This document shows, one piece after another, positions 33,978 to 44,633 of a DNA stretch of 64,000 bases. The stretch's first letter is position 1, and each line of letters starts with the position of its first letter. The position numbers and the translations under genes were made by a program. Source of the stretch: an uncultured Rickettsiales bacterium (GTDB lineage Bacteria; Pseudomonadota; Alphaproteobacteria; Rickettsiales; UBA1997); assembly GCA_944392135.1 (NCBI GenBank), contig CALXVQ010000003.1:8075-72074 (forward strand). The letters run 5' to 3'. The notes under the pieces were generated by a model. The model did no database searches and had not been told where the DNA came from. It worked only from the letters and a program-made list of their open reading frames with translations.

Positions 33978-36900
33978 ATGACAAAAAATAAAGTTTTTAT
34001 TTTATTTCGTATGAAGTTGTTAATAATAACTTTATTTTTTCTCTTTATACCTTTTTTATTTTCAGCAAATGCAACTTCCTTAGATAATAATAGATATGTA
34101 ATAGATTTTAGTGAAAACCCACAGAGTGGTTCTTATAATTTTTTAACAATTAGTAAATATAATAAACATACAAATTATTTGCCAAAGTGTTCTGATGGCT
34201 TTACGGGCTCTGATTGGATAACATATCCATCTACCACAAATGTACCACAAAATGTTACTTGTTTAAAAAAAAATTATTGTTCTGATTTAGATGAAAATGG
34301 CGAATTAATAGTGCAATCTCCTGGTGTTGATGAAAATGGCAATCCAAATTGTTATAGAAAAAGTTGTTTAGATCTTACAACAGAAGAATTGAAAGCAATT
34401 TTTAAAAGACAGTATGGTGTAGATGCTGATGCTTATTACGAATCTGGTTATACTGCAACAACTGGACAAAATTTTTATAAATTTTGTGAACCTTATAGAT
34501 ACTTAAATATGAGTATTGGTGGAAAATCTATTCCAGTTAAAGTTGATGTAGAACCGGTATATTGTCATATGTTTGGAAAAGATGAAATTAAATATTTAAT
34601 ACCAAATGTTAAAGGTATTAAAGATACAGAAACTAACTCAATTGATGTTTATCAATGTATGATACATGAATGTCCTTTATCATCAATTCAAAGTGCTACT
34701 TGTCCGACTAATTTTTGGTTATTTTCTTATAAAAATGACAATATAAGATATAGGAGCGATGATTACATAGCAGAATATGAAGATAAAATGTTAGGTGGTT
34801 CTACTACTAATATTGGTACACAATTACTAAATTATTGTAGTGATGTTAATTGTTCTAAATATAGGGTTACAGATTGGTTAGATTGTAATATTAGTATTGA
34901 TCCACAATGTCAAACATGTATACAAAAAATAAATAGTTATAATTGTGGTGATTGTTTTGAAGAAATTATGAATGAAAGTTCTTGTAATGGTTGTTATTCT
35001 TTTCTTAAGAATACAGAATGTGATGATTACGAAGGATTAGACAATATTTTTAAAGATAAAACATATTACACTAATTTATTAAAAGCTTTTATGGATTATA
35101 ATCTTGCTACACAAACATGTAATACAGATGGTACTTGCCGAAAATCAATTGATTGTTCTTTAATAGAAAATAAAGATCATATATTATGTAATTCCGAAAC
35201 ATCTTCGGATCAAACAATGGATTCTGAATTATCTTATTTTTATAGACCATTTCCTCCACAAGAATCAACTGAAATATTACCAGTAAAACGATCTTGGATT
35301 GCTGATGGTAGTATTGCAGAACATATTTATAGTGATGATTATGATCCAAATGCTGTTAGAGCTTTATCTGCAATAGAACCAATTGCTGAAGTAACTGTAA
35401 TTAAGAGATCGTTAAGGGGTTCGATGATAAAACCTATACCACCAACTAAAACTTTTACAAGAGATACAAAAAGTTTAACTAGCACTTTTTCAAATATAAA
35501 TGAAAATTCTAATAGAAGTGATTTTTTTAATTATATAGATAAGAAAAATTATTATAATGATTACACAAATAATATTTGTATTCCAAATAATGAAGAATTT
35601 ATGAAATATGTATCTAGAAAAACTTATTTGACATCAAATTCTCAAAATAAATGGGATGAGGGTGAATATTATTATAAAAGTTTTGTTGATGATATAAATA
35701 ATGGAAAATTTATAACAAGTGAAAAAATTATAAATACACCTTTATGTGATTTAAATAACGAAAGAACAAATCGTTTGGTTAAAAGTGGTCGACGAGCTTT
35801 TTGTACTCAGAATTATGATGATAATGATGTTTGTGATACACCTAGATCTGATAGTTATTATATTAAGGGCAAACCAAATTTTACTTGGCAAGCTGGTACG
35901 AATAAAATTGCTACTGCTTCGGTTACTGTTTGTTTAAGAAGAAGGAGCGAATATAAAGGAGAGGATAAACATTTGGAATATATTGTTAATAATTATGGTG
36001 GTACTACATTGGTACCTGTAAGTACATCTTATGGTGTTTGTGGAGCACGAGAATGTTTTATATCATGTGCTAATGCAGATTGTACAGAATTTACACAAAC
36101 TTGTGGTGATGATATGTGTGTTACATTAACTTGGCATGATGGTGATGATTGTACAATTAAAAATTTAGATAAATATGATATATATAATCATCCTTCTTGT
36201 GCAAGGGCAATACTTTATACAGGTACTACCTCAAAAGGAAAACCAGATGCGATAAGATTTAGATTGAATAGACATCCAAATAATGGAAATTTTTATGTTT
36301 ATGTTGATGCTGGGAATGATAACTGTAAATGGGCAGGTGCAGACGAAAATGATTATAGAAAAAGTTATGATAAATTTTATACAAGATCTGTAAATGATAA
36401 AACTGTTTTTGGAACTACAACAATTAAAGAATATATAGGAAAAATAGATGATAGAAGTTTAATAGATGATAATTCATTAACTAATTATGATGGAAATGCT
36501 ACATATATTACAGATGCAGATGTTTATGGTGAGGAATTATATAAACAATTAAATTGTGATAATATAAATAGCGAACTTAGTCCTTGTAATAGTATGGCTA
36601 GCAATGTAGGAGAGGGTACTGGTAATTGGGTTGGTTGGGATATTGTACAATATATTGGTAATAATCAGCCAACAGAAAATAATCCAAATTGTAAAGTTGG
36701 TCAATTAATGAATTGTAGAGGATATTATGATGCCGAAGGTGTTTTCCATAGAGAACAACAAGGTTTTTCTGCTCCATTAGCTATTTCACCAGATGTCTTT
36801 TATAGGTATGCAACAAAAGAAAATTCTAGTGATATGTTTACTCCACTATTAAAAATCAAATTTGTAATTACACATGATGATAATGTATATGTATTAAAAA

Positions 36901-39900
36901 ACACAGAAGAAGATAAAGAAGTGGAATTAAGTTTTTTTGAACCAAATATGACTATAAATTATGAATTAAGAGAATTATCTAATGTAAAATTGTCATTTCA
37001 GGAGTCGGAACAAGAATATCTTATTCATGATAGTAAAGGAAAAAATCCACAATATTTTATTATTAAAAAAACTCATGCAACAGATGATATATCACAACCT
37101 CAAGTATGTATATCTAAGGTATTTGAATCAAAAGATGATAAAGGTTTTGATGGTTATGATTATGAAGATGTGGTTCAATGTTTAAAGAGAAAAAAACCTA
37201 CAGCGCAATCATTAGCCATAAGACCAATATATCCTTATGAGGGAGAAAAACCACATCTTATTGCTTTTTTTATCAATTATAATAATGTAAATAAAAACGA
37301 GGATGTTATTAATGAAAATAACAAAGATAATGTATTAGCATTTTTAAATAGGGAACAACTACTAAATGGTATTGAAAAAAGAGAATTATTTGATAATTCT
37401 AGTGGTATTTTACAAGGTTATGTAATAAATATAAAAAAAAGTTATTGTGCTCAACTACATCATGAATGTTTGGATATTGCTATAAATCTTGAAGAGCAAG
37501 AAAGGGCATATACAAGGCTTGTTAATGAAAATGCACTTTTAACTTCTGTTAATACTGCTAAATCTGATGTATCAAAACTAAAAAGTAAGCTTGATACTTG
37601 TAATAATATAATTAAACCATATTGTGAAAATATAACTGATGGTGTAATAATGGTTAAAGAATTATATTCTGGCAATAATTTAACTATTTCAAACGATTAT
37701 AATGCATATTTTAATAATTATAATGCAAATATTAGAGAATGTGTTTTAGCAAATAATTGTTCTGATACATTACAAAATCTTATTAATAAAATTCATCAAT
37801 ATAGGAAAAATAAGGAACTTACTTTTCAACATAAAGTTTATCCAAAAAATTATAGGTTAAATCCGGCTACAAATGATATATGTGTTGTAAGTGGTTTTGA
37901 AGACTATTACCCAAATGTAATAGCATTGCCTTCTGCTGATCTACAAAGACCAGGTAAATGTATTTTAAATAATAGTAGTAAATTAAAAAGTGAATGTAGA
38001 AGAGAATATTATGTTGAGTATTGTACTGATAATGCAGATTCACAATGTTTCTGTATTGATGGTACTGCTGAATGCGATTGTACATTTGGTGATACATGTA
38101 TTAAAAAAAATTATTGTACTTGTTCTGATACAGGGGAAGGTATTGCTTGTGATGAATTGCCAGAAGAGTGTTATCTTCCAGGTTATAATGGATATGGAAT
38201 AGTACTTAATAGTAGTGATAAGTTAGACAAAATTTGTGAATGTGAATATAATACAGATGGAATAGCGCAAACTGGTAGAGAAATTAGAAAGGCTACTGCC
38301 AGAGAACTAGGTTTTTGTGGCGATTTGAGAAATATAAATTTTTGTGAACCTGTGAAATATTATAATAGTGAAAAAATTTATGTGGATGGTGGTGCGGGAG
38401 AAAAATTAGATGTAATACAAAATAAATATTATAGTAATATTTGGCGAACTAATCAAAAACAATATGGAAAACTAAGTAATGACAATTTAGAACATGCTGA
38501 ATTTGATCTATCTACATATTCAAATGCCTATGATTATTTTCGTTTAGAAAAATTATATTGTGTTGATGAAAATAATAATGGTTATTATTATGCTTTGCCG
38601 ATAGATGCTTGCTATAACGAATATACAAAATGTTTATCACAAGAAGAATGCGAGGTAAATCCAGAAAAATGTTTTACACCAGATGAGTGTAAAAATAGAT
38701 ATGAAAAATGTTTACAAAATTCAACTTGTCAAGATGGATATAGAAAAATATATGCCACAGAAGGTGAATGTAAAGGATTTTGGAAAAATAAAACTGTAAG
38801 AGATAGTTTAAATAAAAAATATGATTTAAATCCACTTGCGGTTTGTCAGCAAACAGGTTTATTTGAACTTATTGATAATTCTGGTTGTGAAAGATATTCA
38901 TGTCCGGCAAAGTCAGAATTACAGCCTGATTATGGTACATACGATGAAAAGAGTAGTACAATTATAAATGAAAAAACACAAATTACAGCTAATCTTGTTG
39001 GTAAATCAAATGGTTTTGCAAACTGGAATTCTTATAAAAAAGGTACTTATAATATAATTACAGGCGAAATATTGACAGATGGCAATGAAAATGGACATGG
39101 TGATGATATAGAACAACAAAGGGCAACAAGCTGTATTACTGGTTATGCTCCTGCTGGTTTTAAAAATATATTACAACAATATTATCCAGTACCTTTAATA
39201 GATGGAAATTCTAGTGATGGTCAACAAGATTTAGTTATAGATAGTAATTTTAATATGGATATATTTATAGATAATATGTTATTAAATACAGAAGATATAG
39301 TATCTACAGAAAATATGTTATCTATACTATCATATGATGCAAGAGAACATTTACCAGTTAGATATTGCAATCAAATTGGGGAGTGGATGCCAGTGTTAGA
39401 TATTTATAATAGATTTAATGTGCCTTTATATTATATTGGTAGCCCAGTTTATAGTAATAATTATGTTGATTTAGATAAATATTCTACAACAACAAAATCT
39501 AAAATAGAAACAAATACATATGGTATTACTGTTGATTATTCACAAAAATATTGTGAAAGGTTATTTTGTAAAGCCTTAAATGGAGATGATATAAATTCAA
39601 TAAATAAAGAAAATGCTGATATTAATATAAATAATGTAGAAAAGTATAAAATAATTTCTAACAAAACAAATACTAATATTGCTTATTTTAAAGATAATAG
39701 TGAAGTTAATAAATTTACAGTTTGGAGACATACTGGTGGCGCAACTTGGCCAGAAACACCAACTTCGCTAAAAGGTGATTCTGTTGATGTTGTTGGCACT
39801 TGCTATAATGAGGATAGCTATTATCCTAATAATGCTGAATTTATACTTGATTCATATAATTATCAAGGTAATAATATTAAATTTTCTTCTTTTGAAAAAC

Positions 39901-41855
39901 AATATGACTCAATTTTTGAACAAAATAATATTGGTACTACTGTAAATCCTAGAGACTTTAATTTAATATCAAATTCATCAAATTTAATTCAACCAACAAG
40001 AGAATGTAATAAATATGGTATGTGGGGAGAAATTTCTGATAAATGCCAAGTAGCATGTGAACCTATAGATCCTTTTAGAACTAAATATAATGATTTAAAT
40101 AATGATGGTAAAATTCAAAATACAGAAATACTAGAATTATATAAAATTCCACATGTTATTGGGCAATATTATATTCAAAATGGAAATTTAAAATATGGCG
40201 ACAAATATACAGGTGGTGCAAGATGGGGTAGAACATTGGCAGGACAATATGCAATTGGTGAATGCGATTCTACGGTATCATATGGTACTCAAATATATAA
40301 GAATAATGCTTTAATAACATCAACAGAAAATATTATTTTTATCAATAGTGGAAGTTCTGAAAATATATCACCGTTTCCTTATGATATAGGTGGTAGGCCA
40401 TATAGGGAATGTTTACCAGATGGCACTTGGGGACCTGTACATAATCCTTGTGTTTTATATAATGAGACTTGTGGAAATAAAAAAATATTTAATCGTGATC
40501 TCATAAATAATCCTAATTCAATTGAAAGAACTGAACTTGTTGCTACTTTAAATAGTTCATCGTTGGTTATGGATGATATTACAAATAATGGCAATCAAGT
40601 TGCAGAAATTACATTAGAAACATCTTGCGATCCTAGATATTATACTGGCAAAATTAGTCAACAATGCAATATAAATACACAGAATTGGTCTGGACCATTA
40701 AATTCTAATTGTAATCTAAAAACTTGTAATGCATATAATGAAACAGTTAATAATATAGAATTTATATCAATACCAGGTGAAACATATTATATGAAAGATA
40801 CAGGATTTACAGGACTTATAACTTTAAATAATCGTACATATCAAGGTTATCAAGTTAATCAAGCATGTCCAAATTATTATAAATGTGTGGATTGCAAGGA
40901 TAATAAATTGCAATATACTTGCGAATATGATACAGATATTAATCAACAAAAATGGAATAGTACAGGAGAATGTCAACCAATATCTTGTAGTTTTGGTGAT
41001 TTAGTTAATTATTGTAATGATGGTAGAACATGCATTGTGGATGAAACGACTAGTGAAAATAACCTTATTCCAATGCCAGATAATTCACCTTTACAAGCAA
41101 TAAAGAATGAAATTGAAAATGTAGTATTTTTATCGACTTCAACAAAATATGATAGAGAAAAAAATTTATTTGCTGTTGGTTCTCATATAAAATTACTACC
41201 ACCACCAGGTTTTGTGGATTCTCCAAGTACTCCATCATATGCTTATTGTAATACTGATGGCTATTGGTATACTATAAGTAATTTTCAAACTATTAAATGT
41301 GAAGATTTTTCTTCAACAGACGAAGAAAATAAAAAAGTATGGGATGATTTAACAGAAGGAAAATGTGCTGATGGAACAAAAGGTTATAATTGTCCAGGAG
41401 CTGTAAAAAGAGCAAAATGCCTTACTTCTCAAAGCGAAGGTAGTCAAATAGCTATATGTACAGAAAATAAAGATGGTACAGCTAGTTGGGTATATGAAGG
41501 TAATTTAATGTGTTATGAAGGTTGTTCTTTAAATAATGTAAGTGTTTCTATTAATAATGTATCTTGTCTATGTCCTACAAATATTCCAGAGTTAGGATAT
41601 GAATGTAGTACTTCACAACCTGCATGTGTTGATTTGATGAATCTTAATTATAGTTATAGTGATGTTCTTGAACATAATGAAATAACCGCAAAAACTATTT
41701 CTAATGTTAATGGTATAGCTGGAATTACTGCTAAAATTGTATTAGAATGTAATAATGGTAAAGTTACACAAAAAAGTTTAGATGCTAGTGCAGTTAGATG
41801 TAATTGTTATAATGGCTGTACCGGTTTAATTAGTGAATTACCATGTAATAATTAA
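33978..41855 (+). CDS. Giant secreted Cys-rich protein (2625 aa) with sushi/CCP-like Cys-Trp modules in the C-terminal third
   Basis: An uninterrupted 7.9-kb ORF. The signal peptide is MKLLIITLFFLFIPFLFSANA/TS. Cys density is very high. C...G.W....(P)C motifs recur, for example RECLPDGTWGPVHNPC, RECNKYGMWGEISDKC, YCNQIGEWMPV and YCNTDGYWYTISNFQTIKC. Confidence 0.8.
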   Translation: MTKNKVFILFRMKLLIITLFFLFIPFLFSANATSLDNNRYVIDFSENPQSGSYNFLTISKYNKHTNYLPKCSDGFTGSDWITYPSTTNVPQNVTCLKKNYCSDLDENGELIVQSPGVDENGNPNCYRKSCLDLTTEELKAIFKRQYGVDADAYYESGYTATTGQNFYKFCEPYRYLNMSIGGKSIPVKVDVEPVYCHMFGKDEIKYLIPNVKGIKDTETNSIDVYQCMIHECPLSSIQSATCPTNFWLFSYKNDNIRYRSDDYIAEYEDKMLGGSTTNIGTQLLNYCSDVNCSKYRVTDWLDCNISIDPQCQTCIQKINSYNCGDCFEEIMNESSCNGCYSFLKNTECDDYEGLDNIFKDKTYYTNLLKAFMDYNLATQTCNTDGTCRKSIDCSLIENKDHILCNSETSSDQTMDSELSYFYRPFPPQESTEILPVKRSWIADGSIAEHIYSDDYDPNAVRALSAIEPIAEVTVIKRSLRGSMIKPIPPTKTFTRDTKSLTSTFSNINENSNRSDFFNYIDKKNYYNDYTNNICIPNNEEFMKYVSRKTYLTSNSQNKWDEGEYYYKSFVDDINNGKFITSEKIINTPLCDLNNERTNRLVKSGRRAFCTQNYDDNDVCDTPRSDSYYIKGKPNFTWQAGTNKIATASVTVCLRRRSEYKGEDKHLEYIVNNYGGTTLVPVSTSYGVCGARECFISCANADCTEFTQTCGDDMCVTLTWHDGDDCTIKNLDKYDIYNHPSCARAILYTGTTSKGKPDAIRFRLNRHPNNGNFYVYVDAGNDNCKWAGADENDYRKSYDKFYTRSVNDKTVFGTTTIKEYIGKIDDRSLIDDNSLTNYDGNATYITDADVYGEELYKQLNCDNINSELSPCNSMASNVGEGTGNWVGWDIVQYIGNNQPTENNPNCKVGQLMNCRGYYDAEGVFHREQQGFSAPLAISPDVFYRYATKENSSDMFTPLLKIKFVITHDDNVYVLKNTEEDKEVELSFFEPNMTINYELRELSNVKLSFQESEQEYLIHDSKGKNPQYFIIKKTHATDDISQPQVCISKVFESKDDKGFDGYDYEDVVQCLKRKKPTAQSLAIRPIYPYEGEKPHLIAFFINYNNVNKNEDVINENNKDNVLAFLNREQLLNGIEKRELFDNSSGILQGYVINIKKSYCAQLHHECLDIAINLEEQERAYTRLVNENALLTSVNTAKSDVSKLKSKLDTCNNIIKPYCENITDGVIMVKELYSGNNLTISNDYNAYFNNYNANIRECVLANNCSDTLQNLINKIHQYRKNKELTFQHKVYPKNYRLNPATNDICVVSGFEDYYPNVIALPSADLQRPGKCILNNSSKLKSECRREYYVEYCTDNADSQCFCIDGTAECDCTFGDTCIKKNYCTCSDTGEGIACDELPEECYLPGYNGYGIVLNSSDKLDKICECEYNTDGIAQTGREIRKATARELGFCGDLRNINFCEPVKYYNSEKIYVDGGAGEKLDVIQNKYYSNIWRTNQKQYGKLSNDNLEHAEFDLSTYSNAYDYFRLEKLYCVDENNNGYYYALPIDACYNEYTKCLSQEECEVNPEKCFTPDECKNRYEKCLQNSTCQDGYRKIYATEGECKGFWKNKTVRDSLNKKYDLNPLAVCQQTGLFELIDNSGCERYSCPAKSELQPDYGTYDEKSSTIINEKTQITANLVGKSNGFANWNSYKKGTYNIITGEILTDGNENGHGDDIEQQRATSCITGYAPAGFKNILQQYYPVPLIDGNSSDGQQDLVIDSNFNMDIFIDNMLLNTEDIVSTENMLSILSYDAREHLPVRYCNQIGEWMPVLDIYNRFNVPLYYIGSPVYSNNYVDLDKYSTTTKSKIETNTYGITVDYSQKYCERLFCKALNGDDINSINKENADININNVEKYKIISNKTNTNIAYFKDNSEVNKFTVWRHTGGATWPETPTSLKGDSVDVVGTCYNEDSYYPNNAEFILDSYNYQGNNIKFSSFEKQYDSIFEQNNIGTTVNPRDFNLISNSSNLIQPTRECNKYGMWGEISDKCQVACEPIDPFRTKYNDLNNDGKIQNTEILELYKIPHVIGQYYIQNGNLKYGDKYTGGARWGRTLAGQYAIGECDSTVSYGTQIYKNNALITSTENIIFINSGSSENISPFPYDIGGRPYRECLPDGTWGPVHNPCVLYNETCGNKKIFNRDLINNPNSIERTELVATLNSSSLVMDDITNNGNQVAEITLETSCDPRYYTGKISQQCNINTQNWSGPLNSNCNLKTCNAYNETVNNIEFISIPGETYYMKDTGFTGLITLNNRTYQGYQVNQACPNYYKCVDCKDNKLQYTCEYDTDINQQKWNSTGECQPISCSFGDLVNYCNDGRTCIVDETTSENNLIPMPDNSPLQAIKNEIENVVFLSTSTKYDREKNLFAVGSHIKLLPPPGFVDSPSTPSYAYCNTDGYWYTISNFQTIKCEDFSSTDEENKKVWDDLTEGKCADGTKGYNCPGAVKRAKCLTSQSEGSQIAICTENKDGTASWVYEGNLMCYEGCSLNNVSVSINNVSCLCPTNIPELGYECSTSQPACVDLMNLNYSYSDVLEHNEITAKTISNVNGIAGITAKIVLECNNGKVTQKSLDASAVRCNCYNGCTGLISELPCNN

Positions 41856-42743
41856 ATCAAATTTATCAAACTGATTATTGAACCAAGTGTATTGTCGTTT
41901 TGCATATCGTTTTGTATTTTGAATTGATTTATTTATAAATTCTTCCATTGTTATTTTGCTATTTAAAAAATCTAAACCTTCTTTAAAACCAATAGTACTT
42001 GATATTGTATACTTTGATAAATTATCTACAATTTTTATATTATTTTTTGCGAAAGTTTCAATTTCTTTAATAGCATCATCTTCTTCAATAAATTTTTTAA
42101 ATCTTATTTCACATTTATTATAAAGTTTTTCTCTATCAGGTTTGATATTTATATGAAAAAACATATTGTCATCATATAATTTAATATTACCTTTATCTAA
42201 AAAATATTGAATACTTTTTTCTGTTGTTTTGTAAACCTCTAGAATTCTCATTAATCTTTGTTTGTCATTTAAATTTAGTTTACTAGTATAATTTTTATCT
42301 ATTTGAGAAGCTAATTTATAAAATTCTTCATAGCCAATTTCATTATATAAATTTATAACTTCATTTCTAATATTTTCTGGAATTTCTGGTATTTGTGAAA
42401 TACCATTTATAAGTTTCGATATATACATACCTGTGCCACCAACAATAATTGGTGTTTTGCCAATATTTAAGCAATAATCTATTTTTTCCTTAGCTAATTT
42501 TAGCCATCTACCAACATTGCAATTATCTTCGGGTTCTAAATAAGAAAATAATAAATGTTCTATACCATTTTGCTCTTCTTCTGTTGGTTGACTTGATAAA
42601 ATTGGTAAGCCTTTATATATTTGTATAGAATCGGCATTTATAACAATACCATTATTTTCTTTTGCTAGATCAATAGAATAAGCGGTTTTTCCACTAGCTG
42701 TTGGTCCCGAAATAACTATAATTTTATTTTTATCAATTTTCAT
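41838..42743 (-). CDS. miaA: tRNA dimethylallyltransferase
   Basis: IVISGPTASGKTAYSIDLA P-loop, LPILSSQPT, and the size (301 aa) fits. Confidence 0.9.
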   Translation of the reverse strand: MKIDKNKIIVISGPTASGKTAYSIDLAKENNGIVINADSIQIYKGLPILSSQPTEEEQNGIEHLLFSYLEPEDNCNVGRWLKLAKEKIDYCLNIGKTPIIVGGTGMYISKLINGISQIPEIPENIRNEVINLYNEIGYEEFYKLASQIDKNYTSKLNLNDKQRLMRILEVYKTTEKSIQYFLDKGNIKLYDDNMFFHINIKPDREKLYNKCEIRFKKFIEEDDAIKEIETFAKNNIKIVDNLSKYTISSTIGFKEGLDFLNSKITMEEFINKSIQNTKRYAKRQYTWFNNQFDKFDLIITW

Positions 42744-42812
42744 AATAAAAAATAGCTTAAATATTATTATATATTTAAGCTATAAAAAAAATAAATCAAT
42801 AAAATTGTTATA

Positions 42813-43931
42813 TTATAATCTAATTGGCATTAAAACAAATAATAAAGAATCACCACTTTCTTGTTTAATTAAAAGAGGAGAAACACCATCTTCCAATTTA
42901 AATACAACATTCTTTTCTGTGATTTGACTTAATATATCAATTAGATATTTTGCATTTAATATTATTTCTAAATTATCTCCTGAATAATCAATAGCTATAT
43001 TACCATTAGCCATACTTCCATCGGAACTAATAATTTCTAAATCAACATTATTTGCAGAAATAGACATTTTTACATTTTTTGTTTTATCATTAGAAACAAC
43101 AGAAACTTTACCAAGTAAATCTTTTAAAGAATCATTATTAATAATAACTTCTTTGCTATTATTATATGGAATAACTTTATTATAATCAGGGAAATCGCCT
43201 TCAATTAATTTAAGTAAAATTTCTAAATTTTTTGTTTTCAAATCCATTTTACTCTTATTAAATGAAACAATAACTTCTTTTTCTTCTGTTTTTTCAAGAA
43301 TTTTAATGATTTCAGGAATTACTTTTTTAGGCATTATAGCTTTTTGTAATAACTCATCATTTTCATTTTTAATACCAGAAGTAGCAAGAATATGTCCATT
43401 TGTAGCAACCATAAAAGGATAGCAAACACCATCTTTATTTTTATAAATTTCAATATTAATACCATTTAAATAGTATCTAACTTCATCATCACCCATAGCA
43501 ATTCTAACTTTTTTAATGCCTTCAAGCATTTCTTCTTTACTAACTTTATATTCTTCACCTTTATCAGTATCTATTTGATTTCTGCCTTCTTGTTCGCAAG
43601 TTTTAATTTTGAATTTAATACCATCAACTTCAACACTAACGGTTTTTTCATTATCTTCTTTGAAAGTAATTTTTGTATTATCAGAAAAGCTTTTAACAAT
43701 ATCTTGTAATCTTTTTAATGGCAATATCATTTCAATATCTTCACTAGCTTTTACTTCTTCAATACCAGTTAATAAATATCTAAATGATAAAATTTCAAAC
43801 TTTAAAGTTCCATTTGCAACTTTAATAAAAATACTGCTTTCAGCATTTGATAAATCATCATGTCCAACTTCTGGATTGAATAGTACTATATTTTTCAAAT
43901 GTTTAGCTTCTATTGTAAATTTCTTATCCAT
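42813..43931 (-). CDS. dnaN: DNA polymerase III beta sliding clamp
   Basis: 372 aa with a three-domain repeat pattern and the C-terminal LFVLMPIRL. Confidence 0.9.
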   Translation of the reverse strand: MDKKFTIEAKHLKNIVLFNPEVGHDDLSNAESSIFIKVANGTLKFEILSFRYLLTGIEEVKASEDIEMILPLKRLQDIVKSFSDNTKITFKEDNEKTVSVEVDGIKFKIKTCEQEGRNQIDTDKGEEYKVSKEEMLEGIKKVRIAMGDDEVRYYLNGINIEIYKNKDGVCYPFMVATNGHILATSGIKNENDELLQKAIMPKKVIPEIIKILEKTEEKEVIVSFNKSKMDLKTKNLEILLKLIEGDFPDYNKVIPYNNSKEVIINNDSLKDLLGKVSVVSNDKTKNVKMSISANNVDLEIISSDGSMANGNIAIDYSGDNLEIILNAKYLIDILSQITEKNVVFKLEDGVSPLLIKQESGDSLLFVLMPIRL

Positions 43932-44045
43932 GCTTTAATATTATAACTTTAAACTAAGGAAATAATACTATTCACTCAAAAAAAGTCAAGTACTTTTTAT
44001 TGATATGTAATAATAAAAAGCTATAAAAATATCAATTATTTTATA

Positions 44046-44573
44046 TCAATTGTTTTTATTCTTTTTAATATAATTTTCTATAAAATTTATATTTTGTTGT
44101 GGTACATAATTTTTCCATAAATTATCATTATTTTTAATCATATTTCTAATTTCCGTACCTGATATTTTTAAATTGCCAACTTGTGTATTTCTATCAAGTA
44201 TTTCAATCTTTAATTCTCCTTTATCAAACCATTTGCCTTCATCTATACCACCACAATAAAAAGCTTCCACCTTTCCAAATTTTTTGCTTTTTTCTGCAAG
44301 ATTTTGCATAACATAGCCATACCATTCATCATCACTAGGAATGTCATTAAGGGGAAAAATATTCATATTCTCTTTTTCACCATAAACATTTTTAAGCATA
44401 TAAATTCTTTCTTCTGCATTAAAAATATTTTTACTACTCCCACTATCTTGTGCTGAACCAACTATAATTGTAGCATATTTTGATTCATTTAACATTTTAT
44501 CAATTAATGATTTATGTCCGTTATGAAATGGTTGAAATCTTGCCACTAAAAAACTATGTATATATTTTTTCAT
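44046..44573 (-). CDS. Nicotinamide-nucleotide adenylyltransferase-like cytidylyltransferase
   Basis: VARFQPFHNGH ((H/T)xGH nucleotidyltransferase motif) and ISGTEIR (ISSTxxR-like). 175 aa. Confidence 0.6.
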   Translation of the reverse strand: MKKYIHSFLVARFQPFHNGHKSLIDKMLNESKYATIIVGSAQDSGSSKNIFNAEERIYMLKNVYGEKENMNIFPLNDIPSDDEWYGYVMQNLAEKSKKFGKVEAFYCGGIDEGKWFDKGELKIEILDRNTQVGNLKISGTEIRNMIKNNDNLWKNYVPQQNINFIENYIKKNKNN

Positions 44574-44633
44574 AATTTTACTTTTTATGTATAAAAAAAT
44601 AGAAGGAAAAATTATTCCTTCTATTTGTCAATA

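Noticed and set aside
43932-44045. A replication origin next to dnaN.
   Set aside because: dnaA is not adjacent; an NMNAT-like gene is upstream. I saw no cluster of TTATCCACA-like boxes in the 114-nt spacer.
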